Assembly (NCBI GenBank): GCA_965223345.1
Contig: CBDCWG010000012.1
Span: 1,920,001 to 1,984,000, forward strand
Source: Nitrospinales bacterium
Lineage (GTDB): Bacteria > Nitrospinota > Nitrospinia > Nitrospinales > VA-1
Reading direction: 5' to 3'
DNA: 64,000 bases
The notes beneath the pieces were generated by a model that was not told where the DNA came from, made no database searches, and saw only the letters and a list, made by a program, of their open reading frames with translations. The position numbers were made by a program, and so were the translations under genes. Every line of letters begins with the position of its first letter. Position 1 is the first letter of the stretch. Positions 17,399-29,181 of this stretch are shown here, piece by piece.

Positions 17399-19327
17399 TT
17401 AAAGCAAGGTCTTGTCGATCTTGATGGTGGATTTTTCCCGCAGGCTGCGGAACCAGTCCAGGAAGACGATGTTGCCTTTTTCCTGTTTCAGCCGGGTGGT
17501 GATGGTTTTGATCTGTTCTTCCGTCGGTTCGCCGGCTTCTTCCCGATCGGCCAGCTTGATCAGGTAATGCTTGCGCAGCGCCGAGATGGCGGCGGTCTGG
17601 CCTTTGTCCAGCAGGAAGGCCTTGTCCTTGATTTTCTGGATATCGCCGATTCCTGGGATGGAATCCTCGAGACTGAAGAAGGGGGTGCGCTGAACGTCCG
17701 CTCCGGTTTCCTTGGCGATCTTTTCCAAGTCCGGGTCCTTTTCCAGTTTTTCCGCCAATTGCTTGAATTTTTTGCTGGTGAACTCCTCGTTGCGTTGTTC
17801 GCTGAGCTTCGCCTCGACTTCTTCCCGCACCGCATCCAGTTCCGGAATGAACGCCGGTTTGCGTTCCACCACTTTCACCAGATAGGAGCCATTGGGTGTG
17901 AGGATGGGCTCGCTCACCTTATTGTCCGGCAGAATGAACGCGGCGTTGAAAAACTCCGGTACGGTGCCGATGTCGGGGATGTCCCGCTTCTGCCGCGAGA
18001 AAAAGCCGGAAGTCTTGACTTCCACCTTCTGCTCGGCCGCCGCGGTGGCCAGGTCCTTGCCTGCCTCGATGGATTTGTGGATCCGTTTCACCACCCGGCG
18101 GGACCGCTGCCGCGACTTGGTGGCCTTGATGGCCTGAATCAGCGAATCCTTGACCTCGGACAGGGGCTTGGTGCGCGCTTCTTTTTTCTCGTCCAGACGG
18201 ACGAGATGATACCCGAATGGCGTTTTCACCGGCTCGCTGAGTTCGCCGGGCTTCAGCTTTTCGAGCGCCTCCTCGAACTCCGGCGTCATGGTGCCCGCCG
18301 GGAATTCCCCCAGGCTGCCGCCCTTTTCGCCGGAGGCGGGGTCGTCGGAGATCTTTTCCGCCAATGTTTCGAATTTTTCGCCTGCCTGGATCTTTTTCAA
18401 CGCCTCTTCGGCTTCCTTCAAAGCCGCCTGTTCGGAATCTTTTTGTTTTTCCTCGTCTGTGCCTTCTTCCAGCTTGGAGGGTTCGAGCTGAAACAGGATG
18501 TGGCTCGCACGGTACCGCTTTTCCACTCGATAATTGCCGAGGTTTGATTCATAATAGTCCTGAATGTCCTCTTCCCGGGGGGTGATGTCCGCCTCGAAAT
18601 CCTTGGGCGTCACCTTCACATACTGGACCTTGATTTGGTCCGGGACTTCAAATTGGATCTTGTTCTTTTCGTAATAATCCTTTAAATTTTCTTCTGAGGG
18701 CTTCTGTTTGCTTTTGAAGTGGTCCTCGGCAAAAGCGATGTATTCCAGTTTCACCGTTTCCTCTTCCCGTTTGAACGCCTCCATCACTTCACTTCTGGAA
18801 ACCAGCGTGCTGTTTTTGATGATATTTTCCAGTTTCTCGAGGGTGAGGGATTCGCGGATGCTGTTTTCGAACTGCAGGGGAGACAGGCGCTGCGATTGTA
18901 AATAGTTGTTGTAATAGGTCTCGTTGAACTGGTTGTCTTTCTGGAACAGGGCGGATTGTTTGATGTTGTCGATCACTTCCGCGTCGCTCACGCGGATGTC
19001 CTGGTTGTCCGCCTCCCTGAGAAGCAGTTTCTGCTGAATCAGGCTGTCGAGCGCCTGGCTTTTGAGGTCCAGCCTCTGGATCATGTCCTCGGAGAACTGG
19101 CTGCGGAACTGCTGCCGGTAGAAATTGACCAGGTTGTTGAAGCTCCGGTCGTATTCGCTGAAACTGATTTTTTGCCCGTCAACGGTCGCGACCACGCCGC
19201 CCCGGGAACCCGTGGCGCCGCCCATGCCCCATGAATAGAAAATAGTGCCCACAAAGGCGAAAATGATCACCCACAGAACGGTCTTGACCAACCAGGAACT
19301 TTGATGTTCTCGAATCAAATTCAGCAT
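17399..19327 (-). CDS. ppiD: PpiD-type peptidyl-prolyl isomerase (SurA N domain plus parvulin)
   Basis: N-terminal membrane anchor, ASHIL, SDDPAS.EKGGSLG and PVKTPFGYHL motifs. Confidence 0.88.
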   Translation of the reverse strand: MLNLIREHQSSWLVKTVLWVIIFAFVGTIFYSWGMGGATGSRGGVVATVDGQKISFSEYDRSFNNLVNFYRQQFRSQFSEDMIQRLDLKSQALDSLIQQKLLLREADNQDIRVSDAEVIDNIKQSALFQKDNQFNETYYNNYLQSQRLSPLQFENSIRESLTLEKLENIIKNSTLVSRSEVMEAFKREEETVKLEYIAFAEDHFKSKQKPSEENLKDYYEKNKIQFEVPDQIKVQYVKVTPKDFEADITPREEDIQDYYESNLGNYRVEKRYRASHILFQLEPSKLEEGTDEEKQKDSEQAALKEAEEALKKIQAGEKFETLAEKISDDPASGEKGGSLGEFPAGTMTPEFEEALEKLKPGELSEPVKTPFGYHLVRLDEKKEARTKPLSEVKDSLIQAIKATKSRQRSRRVVKRIHKSIEAGKDLATAAAEQKVEVKTSGFFSRQKRDIPDIGTVPEFFNAAFILPDNKVSEPILTPNGSYLVKVVERKPAFIPELDAVREEVEAKLSEQRNEEFTSKKFKQLAEKLEKDPDLEKIAKETGADVQRTPFFSLEDSIPGIGDIQKIKDKAFLLDKGQTAAISALRKHYLIKLADREEAGEPTEEQIKTITTRLKQEKGNIVFLDWFRSLREKSTIKIDKTLL

Positions 19328-19599
19328 TCAGTGTTCTCCATGTTCTCTAAAAAGAAGGGGGCGGCCATCATCAGCACCTACTATAAAAAACGCCGGGAGA
19401 ATTGGCAACCGTTTATGCCGAAAAGAGGATGCGGGTTTTCTACAAAGCTTTTCCGGTATTCTTCCGATAACGTAACAGGTCTGTATGATTGAAACGCTTT
19501 CGCGTGTGTTTTGAGCGGGGACGCCGATGGATTTGGCTTGCAATTTGAAAAACCCGCTGATATAAAACGAACGCCATGAAAAACAAAGGGTTACGCTGA

Positions 19600-20667
<1,068 letters not shown>

Positions 20668-20669
20668 TT

Positions 20670-21617
20670 GTGGCCAGACAGGGCATCAAAGGAAAACGGC
20701 TCGTCATACTGCTGTCCCTTCTCGTGCTGTTGTCGTTCGCGCTGATGACCATCAACAGCAAACGCGACGAGGGCTCTTTTTTCCTGGAATCGCTGGTGGT
20801 CTGGGTTTTTTCTCCCATTCAGGCGTTGTTCACGCACACGGTGACCTCGATTTCCGATGTGTTCGACCATTATTTTTTCGTGGTCGATCTGTCCCATGAA
20901 AACGAGAAGCTGCAACAACGCATCGACCGGCTGCAGCGGCAGAACAACACGCTGGTGGAAACCCTGAAACAGCACGAGCGGGTCTCGAAGCTGATCGGCG
21001 CCGGAGGCAGCCCGCCGATCGGGGAAGCGCCGGTCGCGACTGCGGTGGCCCCGATCGTCGAGGGCGAGGCGGGCCCGGTTGCGGAAGGCGGGCTGGCCGA
21101 CGAGCCGGCTGCCGCAACGCCGCCCGAACAAAGCGAGGCCGCGCCGCCGGATCAATACGTGGTGGCGACGGTGATCGGCAGGGACGCCACGCAATGGTCG
21201 AAGGTGGTGATCCTCAACAAGGGCACCACAGACGGGGTCCGCCCGAATCTCGCTGTGGTCACCGACGCGGGGGTCATCGGGCACGTGATCCAGGCTTCCG
21301 GCGGCTCCGCCAAGGTGTTGCTGATCACGGACGGCCGCAGCGCGGTGGATTCCCTGTTCCAGGAGTCGCGCGTCACCGGCGTGGTGGTGGGCACCGGGGA
21401 CGATTACGGCGAGATGAAATACGTCCCCAAGGAAGCGGAAGTGCATGTGGGCGACAAGGTGCTTTCGTCCGGGCTCGGAGGGACTTTCCCGAAAGGGCTG
21501 CGGATCGGCGTCGTTACCAATGTGATCAAAAAAAAGCAGGGCCTGTTCCAGGACATCCTCATCGCCCCGAGCGCCGATCTGACCCGCCTGGAGGAAGTCC
21601 TCATCCTCCTTTCCTGA
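20670..21617 (+). CDS. mreC: Rod shape-determining protein MreC
   Basis: TM segment, coiled coil, ILNKG..DGV and SSGLGGTFPKGL motifs; operon position. Confidence 0.95.
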   Translation: MARQGIKGKRLVILLSLLVLLSFALMTINSKRDEGSFFLESLVVWVFSPIQALFTHTVTSISDVFDHYFFVVDLSHENEKLQQRIDRLQRQNNTLVETLKQHERVSKLIGAGGSPPIGEAPVATAVAPIVEGEAGPVAEGGLADEPAAATPPEQSEAAPPDQYVVATVIGRDATQWSKVVILNKGTTDGVRPNLAVVTDAGVIGHVIQASGGSAKVLLITDGRSAVDSLFQESRVTGVVVGTGDDYGEMKYVPKEAEVHVGDKVLSSGLGGTFPKGLRIGVVTNVIKKKQGLFQDILIAPSADLTRLEEVLILLS

Positions 21618-21624
21618 TACCGGC

Positions 21625-22140
21625 ATGTTTTTTCTGACGCAGTCCATCCTGGTCCTGTTTCTGTTCTGCACGCAGACGACCCTGCTCGAGCCGTTTTCCG
21701 TGGCGGGGGTCACGCCGGACCTGGCCCTGATTTTCGTGGTGTACTGCGGGTTTCATTTCCAGGGCAACGGCGGGGTGACGATGGGGTTTGTCATGGGCCT
21801 GCTGCAGGACTGCCTCTCGGGCGGCATTCTGGGCGTCAACACGCTTTCCAAAAGCCTGATCGGCACGTTCTTCTCCACCCTGAAAGACAAGATCCTGGTG
21901 GAAGGCTTCGTGCCGATCTTTTTCTTCCTCATCGTGGCTTCTTTGGTGGACGGCTTTATTTTTTACCTGCTTCTGGTTACCTTATTAAAGGGAAGCGTTT
22001 CGGGCCGGTTTCTGTTCGCCGAGCTTCCCATGTATGCCCTGTACAATGCCTGCGTGGGTCCGCTGTTTTTCTATTTTTTCGACATCGTGCGCAAGTGGAC
22101 CGTCCGCAGGTTTCCCAACGCATTCGTGCGGACGACCTGA
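21625..22140 (+). CDS. mreD: Rod shape-determining protein MreD
   Basis: PDL, GLLQD and G.LG.N motifs; hydrophobic; operon position. Confidence 0.93.
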   Translation: MFFLTQSILVLFLFCTQTTLLEPFSVAGVTPDLALIFVVYCGFHFQGNGGVTMGFVMGLLQDCLSGGILGVNTLSKSLIGTFFSTLKDKILVEGFVPIFFFLIVASLVDGFIFYLLLVTLLKGSVSGRFLFAELPMYALYNACVGPLFFYFFDIVRKWTVRRFPNAFVRTT

Positions 22141-22203
22141 ACGCCTTCACAGCCACCGGGCGCGGTGCAGCGCCGGTCCGGTTTGCGGTGAGGGCCCCGA
22201 TTC

Positions 22204-24129
22204 ATGAGTGTTTTTCGCTACAATCCCGATGTCTCCGAAGGGGTGCGCAAGAAGATCAAGTTCTTCGCGGTCCTGGTGGCCATCTCGTTTCTGATCCTGT
22301 GGATGCGGGTGTGGTACCTGCAGATCCTGAAAGGACAGTACTTCCGCGAGCTTTCGGAAAACAACCGCATCCGGCACGTTTCCCTTTCCGCCTTCCGCGG
22401 CACCATCAAGGACCGCAACCACGAAACGCTGGTCAGCATCCGCCCTTCGTTCAACCTGTACGTCACACCCGAGGATGCCAGAGACCTGCCGCTGACCCTG
22501 GATTACATCCGCGACCGCATCGAATTCGACGAGGACCGGCTGTACAAGCGGATCGAGGAGACCCAGTCCTTCAAGCAGGTGCTCATCAAGTCGGACATCA
22601 GCCGCCAGGAAGTTGCGTTCATCGAGGAGAACAAGATGCGCCTGCCGGGGATCGGCATCAAGGTGGAGCCGACCCGCAGCTATGTCTATAAAGATCTGGC
22701 CGCGCATCTGCTGGGCTACCTCGGGGAGATCTCCAAATCCAAGCTCGAGCAGATGGACGACCCCCACTACTCGCAGGGAGACCTGATCGGGCAGGACGGC
22801 CTGGAAAATATTTTCGAGACCATGCTGCGCGGCAAAAAAGGCTACCGGGAAGTGGAGGTGGACGTTTCCGGCCGCGTGCTGCGCACGGTGCGCAAGCTGC
22901 CGCCCAAAAGCGGCAACGACCTGATCCTGACCCTGGATCTCCGGGTGCAGAAAGCGCTGGAGGAGATCATGAGCGGGACGTCCGAGCAGCCGATGAACGG
23001 TTCGGTGATGGTGATGCGGGTGCAGACCGGCGAGATCATCGCCGCGGTGAGCAAGCCTTCCTTCGATGCGAATCTGTTCGCGGCCGGCATCTCCCAGGAG
23101 GACTGGAAAAAACTGATCCAGGACGAGCTGCATCCCCTGCAGAACCGCACCATCAACGGCCAGTATCCGCCGGGCTCCACCTACAAGATCGTCACCGCCC
23201 TGGCGGGCCTGGAGGAAGGCGTGGTGACGCCCGATACGCAGATCTACTGCCCCGGTCATTTCAAGCTCGGGCGCGGGCGCTACCGCTGCTGGAAACGCGG
23301 CGGGCACGGCAGCGTCAACCTGCACGACGCGCTGGTCAAATCCTGCGATGTGTACTTCTACACCGTGGGCCACCGGCTGGGAATCGACACGCTGTACAAA
23401 TACGGCAAGAAGCTGGGGCTGGGGGATTTTTCCGGCATCCAGCTGATCGGCGAGAAGCGCGGTCTGCTCCCGAGTTCCGAATGGAAGTTGAAAGCCAAGA
23501 AGCAGGAATGGCTGCTGGGCGAAACCATCTCCGCGTCGATCGGGCAGGGCTACAACCTGGTCACGCCCATCCAGCAGCTCAACATGGCGGCGACGGTGGC
23601 GAACGGCGGCGCGCTGCTGCGGCCTTTTCTGGTGAAGGAAATCCGCGACCCCAACGGGCGGGTGATCAAGCAGTTTTTCCCGCAGGTGCAGCGCACGCTC
23701 GACATCTCGCATGAGCACATCGATCTGGTGCGCGAAGCGCTGCTCGGCGTGGTCAACGAACAGGGCGGCACCGGCGGCCGGGCGCGGCTGAAAAAGATCA
23801 AGGTCTCCGGGAAAACCGGCACCGCACAGGTGGTGCACATGAAGGTGACGGAAGAGATCGAAGACGAGGACCAGATCCCCTACCAGTTCCGCGACCACGC
23901 CTGGTTCGTGGCGTATGCGCCGTATGAAAAGCCGGACATCGCCGTGGTGGTGCTGGTCGAGCACGGCGGCCACGGCGGCGCGGCGGCGGCGCCGGTCGCC
24001 AAGAAGATCATGCAGACCTATTTCGAATATTACCCGCCGCAGGTCGAAGCGCTGGAAACCGTGGAAAAGGCCCAGCTGCCCGAACAGGCAAACCCCGCAC
24101 TGGCCCCTGAAACCGCCCCTGTGGAGTGA
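22204..24129 (+). CDS. mrdA: Penicillin-binding protein 2
   Basis: YPPGSTYK (SxxK), SCD, KTGTAQ and DHAWF motifs. Confidence 0.96.
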   Translation: MSVFRYNPDVSEGVRKKIKFFAVLVAISFLILWMRVWYLQILKGQYFRELSENNRIRHVSLSAFRGTIKDRNHETLVSIRPSFNLYVTPEDARDLPLTLDYIRDRIEFDEDRLYKRIEETQSFKQVLIKSDISRQEVAFIEENKMRLPGIGIKVEPTRSYVYKDLAAHLLGYLGEISKSKLEQMDDPHYSQGDLIGQDGLENIFETMLRGKKGYREVEVDVSGRVLRTVRKLPPKSGNDLILTLDLRVQKALEEIMSGTSEQPMNGSVMVMRVQTGEIIAAVSKPSFDANLFAAGISQEDWKKLIQDELHPLQNRTINGQYPPGSTYKIVTALAGLEEGVVTPDTQIYCPGHFKLGRGRYRCWKRGGHGSVNLHDALVKSCDVYFYTVGHRLGIDTLYKYGKKLGLGDFSGIQLIGEKRGLLPSSEWKLKAKKQEWLLGETISASIGQGYNLVTPIQQLNMAATVANGGALLRPFLVKEIRDPNGRVIKQFFPQVQRTLDISHEHIDLVREALLGVVNEQGGTGGRARLKKIKVSGKTGTAQVVHMKVTEEIEDEDQIPYQFRDHAWFVAYAPYEKPDIAVVVLVEHGGHGGAAAAPVAKKIMQTYFEYYPPQVEALETVEKAQLPEQANPALAPETAPVE

Positions 24130-24145
24130 TCCGGTACCATTTAAA

Positions 24146-24712
24146 TTATTTCCTTTGCAAGGTTTTCAAATCGATGTGTTTTTTGCCAAGGACCACTCTA
24201 TAAAAATTCCGTCCCCACCCTCTATTGTGAATGGGTTCTTCAATATTTAAGTCGAGAATTTCCTTGGCTTCGTTATTTTGGTATTTTATTTCGTCTAAAC
24301 TGAATACGGGTGTGATTTCGATAAGGGCAATATTCTTCTCATTTTCCTTCTTGTATCGCTGATTGATGTGCAACCGTTTTATATTATAAAAACTGTTTTC
24401 GTCTGTCGGTTCCAGTACTTTGATTTGAAGGTAGGATTCCCAATTCCACAAATTAAACTTTTCATGTTCAAAATTAACAAAAATTTCTAATACCTCCCAA
24501 TTTATAGGTTCCTTTCTCATTGATCCTACCAACCTGTGGACCGGATAGTTGGCTTTTGCGGACCTTTCTCCAAACCACCCCACCAATTGCATTTTCGGTG
24601 AATATGATCTTTCAAAAGTCTTTGCGGTGGAAGGAACAGGAAAGATGTAGGCCGTTATTGTCAGAACTATCCAACATGCGAAAAGAAGAGAAGGGGAGCC
24701 TTTGAGTTTCAT
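24146..24712 (-). CDS. AT-rich hypothetical exported protein
   Basis: 188-aa ORF with an N-terminal hydrophobic signal; composition differs from the flanking genes. Confidence 0.65.
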   Translation of the reverse strand: MKLKGSPSLLFACWIVLTITAYIFPVPSTAKTFERSYSPKMQLVGWFGERSAKANYPVHRLVGSMRKEPINWEVLEIFVNFEHEKFNLWNWESYLQIKVLEPTDENSFYNIKRLHINQRYKKENEKNIALIEITPVFSLDEIKYQNNEAKEILDLNIEEPIHNRGWGRNFYRVVLGKKHIDLKTLQRK

Positions 24713-24813
24713 TGAAATCTTGCGGAGAATTCGATCTTGGATGATTGAGATTGAGAGCGGTTTAAGAAGTCGATTGAATACAGAGACTTGATTTTTGTAT
24801 CGGTAAAAAAGAC

Positions 24814-26805
24814 TTACTCCGCTAGCTGAAGGTCTTTCTCTCTGAGGTGTTTGATCCGGTCGCGCAGTTGCGCGGCTTTTTCGAATTCCAGGTCCTTGGC
24901 GGCGGCGTACATCTGTTTTTCCAGCTTTTCGATCCTCGCCAGTAAATTTCCCCCCGCGCTGTATTCCTCTTCCTCTTCGGCGACCACCGGCAGTTCGGCG
25001 TAATCCTGGCCCGGTCCCAGGCTGTCCTCGATGGCTTTGACGATCCCGGCGGGTTCGATGTTGTGTTCCCGGTTGTACTCCTGCTGGATGTGGCGCCGGC
25101 GGTTCATCTCCTCGATCGCCTGCTGCATCGACTGGGTGACGCTGTCCGCATACAGGATGACCTTGCCGGAGAGGTTGCGCGCGGCGCGGCCGCAGGTCTG
25201 GATCAGCGAGGTGGTCGAGCGTAAAAAACCTTCCTTGTCCGCATCGAGGATGGCCACCAGCGACACCTCGGGGATGTCCAGGCCCTCGCGCAGCAGGTTG
25301 ATGCCGATCAGCGCGTCGAACTCGCCCAGGCGCAGTTCGCGTATGATCTGGCTGCGTTCGAGGGTGGCGATGTCCGAATGCAGGTACTTCACCTTGAGCC
25401 CCATCTCGGAATAATGCTCGGTCAGGTCTTCCGAGAAGCGCTTGGTCAGCGTGGTCACCAGCGTGCGTTCGTTGCGGTCCGCTCGCTCGCGGATCTCGTT
25501 GTACAGGTCGTCCACCTGACCGGCGACGGGCTTGATGTCGATCTCCGGATCGACCAGCCCGGTGGGCCGCACGATCAGCTCGACGACGTGGTTGTCCGAC
25601 TCTTCGATCTCGTACTCTCCCGGGGTCGCCGAGACGTACACGGCGTTTTTGACGAATTTTTCGAATTCGGGGAATTTGAGCGGCCGGTTGTCGAACGCCG
25701 AGGGCAGCCGGAAGCCGTAGCGCACCAGGGTTTCCTTGCGCGACCGGTCGCCCTTGTACATGCCGCCGAGCTGCGGGATGGTGGCGTGGCTTTCGTCGAT
25801 GATGTACAGGGCGTCGTCGGGAAAATAATCGAGCAGCGTCGGAGGCGGCTCGCCCGGTTTGCGGTCGAGCAGGTGGCGGGAATAGTTTTCCACGCCCTGG
25901 CAGTAGCCGATTTCCTTGATCATCTCCAGGTCGAACAGGGTGCGCTGCTCCAGCCGCTGCGCCTCCACGAGCTGGTTGTTGCTTTCGAACCAGGCGATGC
26001 GCTCCAGCAGCTCCTCGCGGATGTTGCGCATGGCGCGTTTGAGCGGTTCCTCGGGGGTGACGTAATGGCTTGCGGGGTAGATGGCGATGCGGTCCAGCTC
26101 GCGGATGTGCTTGCGGGTCAAAGGATCGACGGCGAGGATGCGCTCGATCTGGTCGCCGAAGAACTCGATGCGCACCGCTTCGTTGCGCTCGTACACCGGC
26201 AGCACCTCCACCACGTCGCCGCGCACGCGGAACGTGCCGCGCTGGAAATCGATGTCGTTGCGCTTGTACTGGATTGACACCAGCTTTTCCAGCACGCGGT
26301 CGCGGTCGAAGGTCATGCCGGTTTCGATGAACAGCAGCATGCCGTGGTAGGCCTCCGGCGAACCCAGCCCGTAGATGCAGGAGACGCTGGCCACGATCAC
26401 CACGTCGCGCCGTTCGAACAGCGAGTGGGTGGCGGCGTGCCGCATTTTGTCTATTTCGTCGTTGATCGAGGCGTCCTTCTCGATGTAGGTGTCGGTGTTG
26501 GGCAGGTAGGCCTCGGGCTGGTAGTAATCGTAATAGCTGACGAAATAGCCCACCGCGTTGTCGGGGAAAAACGTCTTGAATTCATTGTAGAGTTGTGCGG
26601 CCAGGGTCTTGTTGTGCGCGAGCACCAGCGTCGGTTTCTGCAGCTCCTGGATCACATTCGCCATGGTGAAGGTCTTGCCGGAGCCGGTGACTCCCAAAAG
26701 GGTCTGCCGGTGGATTCCGGCGCGAAAATTGTCCACCATCTGGCGGATGGCCTTGGGCTGGTCCCCGGAGGGGCTGAAATCGGCTTTGAGCTTGAAGGGG
26801 GTCAT
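24814..26805 (-). CDS. uvrB: Excinuclease ABC subunit B
   Basis: [34 protein letters not shown] and C-terminal UVR domain. Confidence 0.98.
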   Translation of the reverse strand: MTPFKLKADFSPSGDQPKAIRQMVDNFRAGIHRQTLLGVTGSGKTFTMANVIQELQKPTLVLAHNKTLAAQLYNEFKTFFPDNAVGYFVSYYDYYQPEAYLPNTDTYIEKDASINDEIDKMRHAATHSLFERRDVVIVASVSCIYGLGSPEAYHGMLLFIETGMTFDRDRVLEKLVSIQYKRNDIDFQRGTFRVRGDVVEVLPVYERNEAVRIEFFGDQIERILAVDPLTRKHIRELDRIAIYPASHYVTPEEPLKRAMRNIREELLERIAWFESNNQLVEAQRLEQRTLFDLEMIKEIGYCQGVENYSRHLLDRKPGEPPPTLLDYFPDDALYIIDESHATIPQLGGMYKGDRSRKETLVRYGFRLPSAFDNRPLKFPEFEKFVKNAVYVSATPGEYEIEESDNHVVELIVRPTGLVDPEIDIKPVAGQVDDLYNEIRERADRNERTLVTTLTKRFSEDLTEHYSEMGLKVKYLHSDIATLERSQIIRELRLGEFDALIGINLLREGLDIPEVSLVAILDADKEGFLRSTTSLIQTCGRAARNLSGKVILYADSVTQSMQQAIEEMNRRRHIQQEYNREHNIEPAGIVKAIEDSLGPGQDYAELPVVAEEEEEYSAGGNLLARIEKLEKQMYAAAKDLEFEKAAQLRDRIKHLREKDLQLAE

Positions 26806-27057
26806 GGCGGCGCCTTGTAGAATCAAACAGAATTTAAAATAGCACAGATTTTATGGTAAATTAAATAGCTCGGTGAATCAGCAAACCGGCTGTTTCCCGC
26901 CTTCCTATTCCCTTCTAGCCGACCGTTCCGTTCGCTTGCGCGGGCGGGATTTGCCGTTTTGGGCCTGCGGGCGCCAAACCGGGGGGACGCGCAGGACAGG
27001 AGCGTGCATCTAAAGGATGCCGGACGGCAAATCAAACCCTCTTTGGAACGGGCCTCT

Positions 27058-28245
27058 GTGGAAACCGAACAGGAAATCATCAAAACCTTCCAGATCGGCA
27101 AGACAACCATCACCCTGATCGGGACGGCGCATGTGTCCCGCCACAGCGTGCAGATGGTGGAAGACCAGATCAACAGCGGCCAGTACGACTGCGTCGCGGT
27201 GGAGTTGTGCGACCCGAGGCTGGAAAATCTGTCCAACCGCTCCTGGTGGAAAAACCTCGATATCTATCAGGTGTTCCGCCAGCGCAAGGCCACGCTGCTG
27301 CTCATCAACCTGGCGCTCTCGGCGTATCAGCGCCGGCTGGCGGAAAAAATCGGCGTCGAAGCGGGCAAGGAGATGATCCGCGCCATCGAACTGGCCGCGG
27401 AAAAGGACATCCGCCTGGAAGTGATCGATCGCAACATCACCACGACGCTGCAGCGGATGGTCACGCGGGTGTCGTTCTGGCAGAAGCTCAGGGTGTTTTC
27501 CGGGCTGGTGGCGGGGATCTTCGTCGGCGAGGAAGTCACCGAGGAACAGATCGAAAATCTGAAAAAAGGCGATATGCTGCACAACGTGGTCGAGGAGTTC
27601 GGCGAATCGCTGCCGCAGTTCAAGCAGGTGCTGATCGACGAACGCGATGAGTACATGACGGGCAATCTGGTGCGGCTGGCCGAATCCGACAACCCGCCGC
27701 AAAACGTGCTGGCGCTGGTGGGGGCCGGGCATCTGATCGGCATGGAGCCGGCGTTTTCCAACCCCCCCGACGACGCGCGCATGCAGGAACTCGAAGAAAA
27801 GCCGCCGCCAAGCCGGCTCGCGCATTATTTCGGCTGGATTATCTGCGCCTTCATCCTCAGCATGTTTTATGTGGGGTACAGCCGTTCGCCGGAGTTGGGG
27901 ATGCAGCTTGTGATCACCTGGGTGGTGGTCAACGGCGGGTTGAGTTCCCTGGGGACGGCGATCGCGCTGGGGCATCCGATTTCGATCTTGACGGCGTTTG
28001 TGGCCGCGCCCTTGACCTCGCTGGTGCCGACCATCGGCGCGGGCATGGTGGTGGGGCTGGTGGAATCGTATCTTCGCAAACCCAAGGTGGCCGATTTCGA
28101 AGCGCTGCGCGAGGACATCGGCTCGCTCAAAATGTGGTGGCACAACCGGGTGCTGCGCGTGCTGATGGTGTTTTTCTTCGCCAGCCTGGGGTCGATGTTC
28201 GGCACCTACATCGCGGGCGCGTCGATGGTGACCCAGATTTTCTAG
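27058..28245 (+). CDS. TraB/GumN (pheromone shutdown) family protein
   Basis: LIGTAHVS, VAVELC, LIDERD and VGAGH motifs with C-terminal TM helices; start uncertain (GTG 27058). Confidence 0.9.
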   Translation: METEQEIIKTFQIGKTTITLIGTAHVSRHSVQMVEDQINSGQYDCVAVELCDPRLENLSNRSWWKNLDIYQVFRQRKATLLLINLALSAYQRRLAEKIGVEAGKEMIRAIELAAEKDIRLEVIDRNITTTLQRMVTRVSFWQKLRVFSGLVAGIFVGEEVTEEQIENLKKGDMLHNVVEEFGESLPQFKQVLIDERDEYMTGNLVRLAESDNPPQNVLALVGAGHLIGMEPAFSNPPDDARMQELEEKPPPSRLAHYFGWIICAFILSMFYVGYSRSPELGMQLVITWVVVNGGLSSLGTAIALGHPISILTAFVAAPLTSLVPTIGAGMVVGLVESYLRKPKVADFEALREDIGSLKMWWHNRVLRVLMVFFFASLGSMFGTYIAGASMVTQIF

Positions 28246-28254
28246 GATAACGGC

Positions 28255-29181
28255 ATGCTGCAAGCGCAAATCGCCGTGACGCCGCCGGCGTTTTGCCGGT
28301 CGCAGGTTCTCAGGCAGGCATTGACCGAACGCTTTGCCGCTGTCCGGTTCAACGAACGGGACGGCTATCTGTCCGGTCCCGAGCTGGTGGAGTTTCTGCG
28401 CGGGGCGCAGGGGGCGATCGTCGGCCGCGACCCGGTCGATGCGGGCATCGTGAAGGCGCTTCCGGATTTGAAAATAATCGCCAAATACGGCGTGGGCCTC
28501 GACAACGTCGATCAAAAGGCGCTCGCCGATCGCGGCGTTGCGCTCGGCTGGACCCAGGGGGTCAACCGGCTGTCGGTGGCGGAGCTGGCGCTGGGGTTCA
28601 TGATCGGTTTGTGCCACAATGTGTTTGTGGCGGGCGCGGCGCTGAAACAGAATAACTGGAACAAGGACGGCGGCCGCCAGTTGACCGGGAAAACCGTGGG
28701 CATCGTCGGCTGCGGCCACGTGGGCTCGGAAGTGATCCGCCTGCTGGCGCCGTACCGCTGCCGCGTGCTGGTGCGCGACATCCTGGACAAATCCGAATTC
28801 TGCAACGCGCACGCCGCCGAACCGGTGAGCTTCGACGATCTGATCGCCCGTGCTGACATCGTGTCGCTGCATGTGCCGTTGACCGAACTCACGCGCGGGA
28901 TGATCGACTGCGAGGTGCTTTCCCGCATGCGCTCCGGCGCGTTTCTGATCAACACCAGCCGTGGCGGGGTGGTGTGCGAAAACGACCTCAAGGCGGCGCT
29001 CCAGACCGGGGAGATCGCCGGGGCCGCTCTGGACGTGTTCGCGACAGAGCCTCCCGAGGATTTGGAGTTGCTGCGGCTTCCCAATCTGATGGCGACGCCG
29101 CATATCGGCGGCAACACGGTGGAAGCGGTGGAGGCGATGGGGCGTTCTGCGATCGCGCATCTGGTGGAGTATTTCAAGTGA
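28255..29181 (+). CDS. D-2-hydroxyacid / phosphoglycerate dehydrogenase family protein
   Basis: GVGLDNVD, GCGHVG, INTSRG, LDVF..EP and TPHIGG motifs. Confidence 0.9.
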   Translation: MLQAQIAVTPPAFCRSQVLRQALTERFAAVRFNERDGYLSGPELVEFLRGAQGAIVGRDPVDAGIVKALPDLKIIAKYGVGLDNVDQKALADRGVALGWTQGVNRLSVAELALGFMIGLCHNVFVAGAALKQNNWNKDGGRQLTGKTVGIVGCGHVGSEVIRLLAPYRCRVLVRDILDKSEFCNAHAAEPVSFDDLIARADIVSLHVPLTELTRGMIDCEVLSRMRSGAFLINTSRGGVVCENDLKAALQTGEIAGAALDVFATEPPEDLELLRLPNLMATPHIGGNTVEAVEAMGRSAIAHLVEYFK

